The notes beneath the pieces are model-generated. The model was not told the DNA's origin. It made no database searches and saw only the letters and a program-made list of their open reading frames with translations. This document shows positions 63,960 through 64,000 of a DNA stretch of 64,000 bases, piece after piece (position 1 is the first letter of the stretch; the number at the start of each line of letters is the position of its first letter). A program made the position numbers and the translations under genes. The DNA comes from a virus: positions 64,001-128,000 of IMG/VR virus record IMGVR_UViG_3300044712_000991; one strand, 5' to 3'.

Positions 63960-64000
63960 ACTTACACCCCTTCATCTTTTGCGCATTCGTCGCCACTGCC

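Noticed and set aside
1-64000. Stop-codon reassignment (alternative genetic code)
   Set aside because: Long conserved genes read through intact under code 11, all three stop codons are used, and no suppressor tRNA was seen.

Overview
This window is part of a large tailed-phage genome with a contractile (myovirus-type) tail. Almost every gene is on the minus strand. In transcription order (right to left) it holds four regions. (1) 64-46.2 kb is an early/accessory region. It is driven by seven near-identical sigma70-type promoters (ACTTGACTT..TATATT) and contains many small hypothetical genes, five tRNAs (Pro, Thr, fMet-like, Trp, Gln), a tmRNA with a 24-aa tag, at least three unannotated structured RNA candidates, an HNH nuclease, an HhH glycosylase, a peptide deformylase with a SEC-C motif, DUF932 and a polynucleotide kinase/phosphatase pair. 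(2) 46.1-5.7 kb is the virion module: scaffold, decoration protein, major capsid, connector, signal-peptide beta-helix protein, holins, a 2030-aa His-repeat fibre, neck, sheath, tube, chaperones, tape measure, hub, amidase-LVIVD protein, spike, baseplate and fibres. A 16-bp late-promoter-like motif precedes both the scaffold and sheath genes. (3) A single plus-strand T4 Rnl1-type RNA ligase gene. (4) A lambda O/DnaC-type replication module with an intragenic iteron origin, followed by a dATP/dGTP diphosphohydrolase-like gene and a GT4 glycosyltransferase cut off by the window edge. No terminase, portal, integrase, CRISPR array or reverse transcriptase was recognised. The most unusual elements are two back-to-back structured RNAs between tRNA-Pro and tRNA-Thr, one containing a circularly permuted tRNA-like (YrlA-type) domain. 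All RNA folds and motif counts were read by eye; none were computed.
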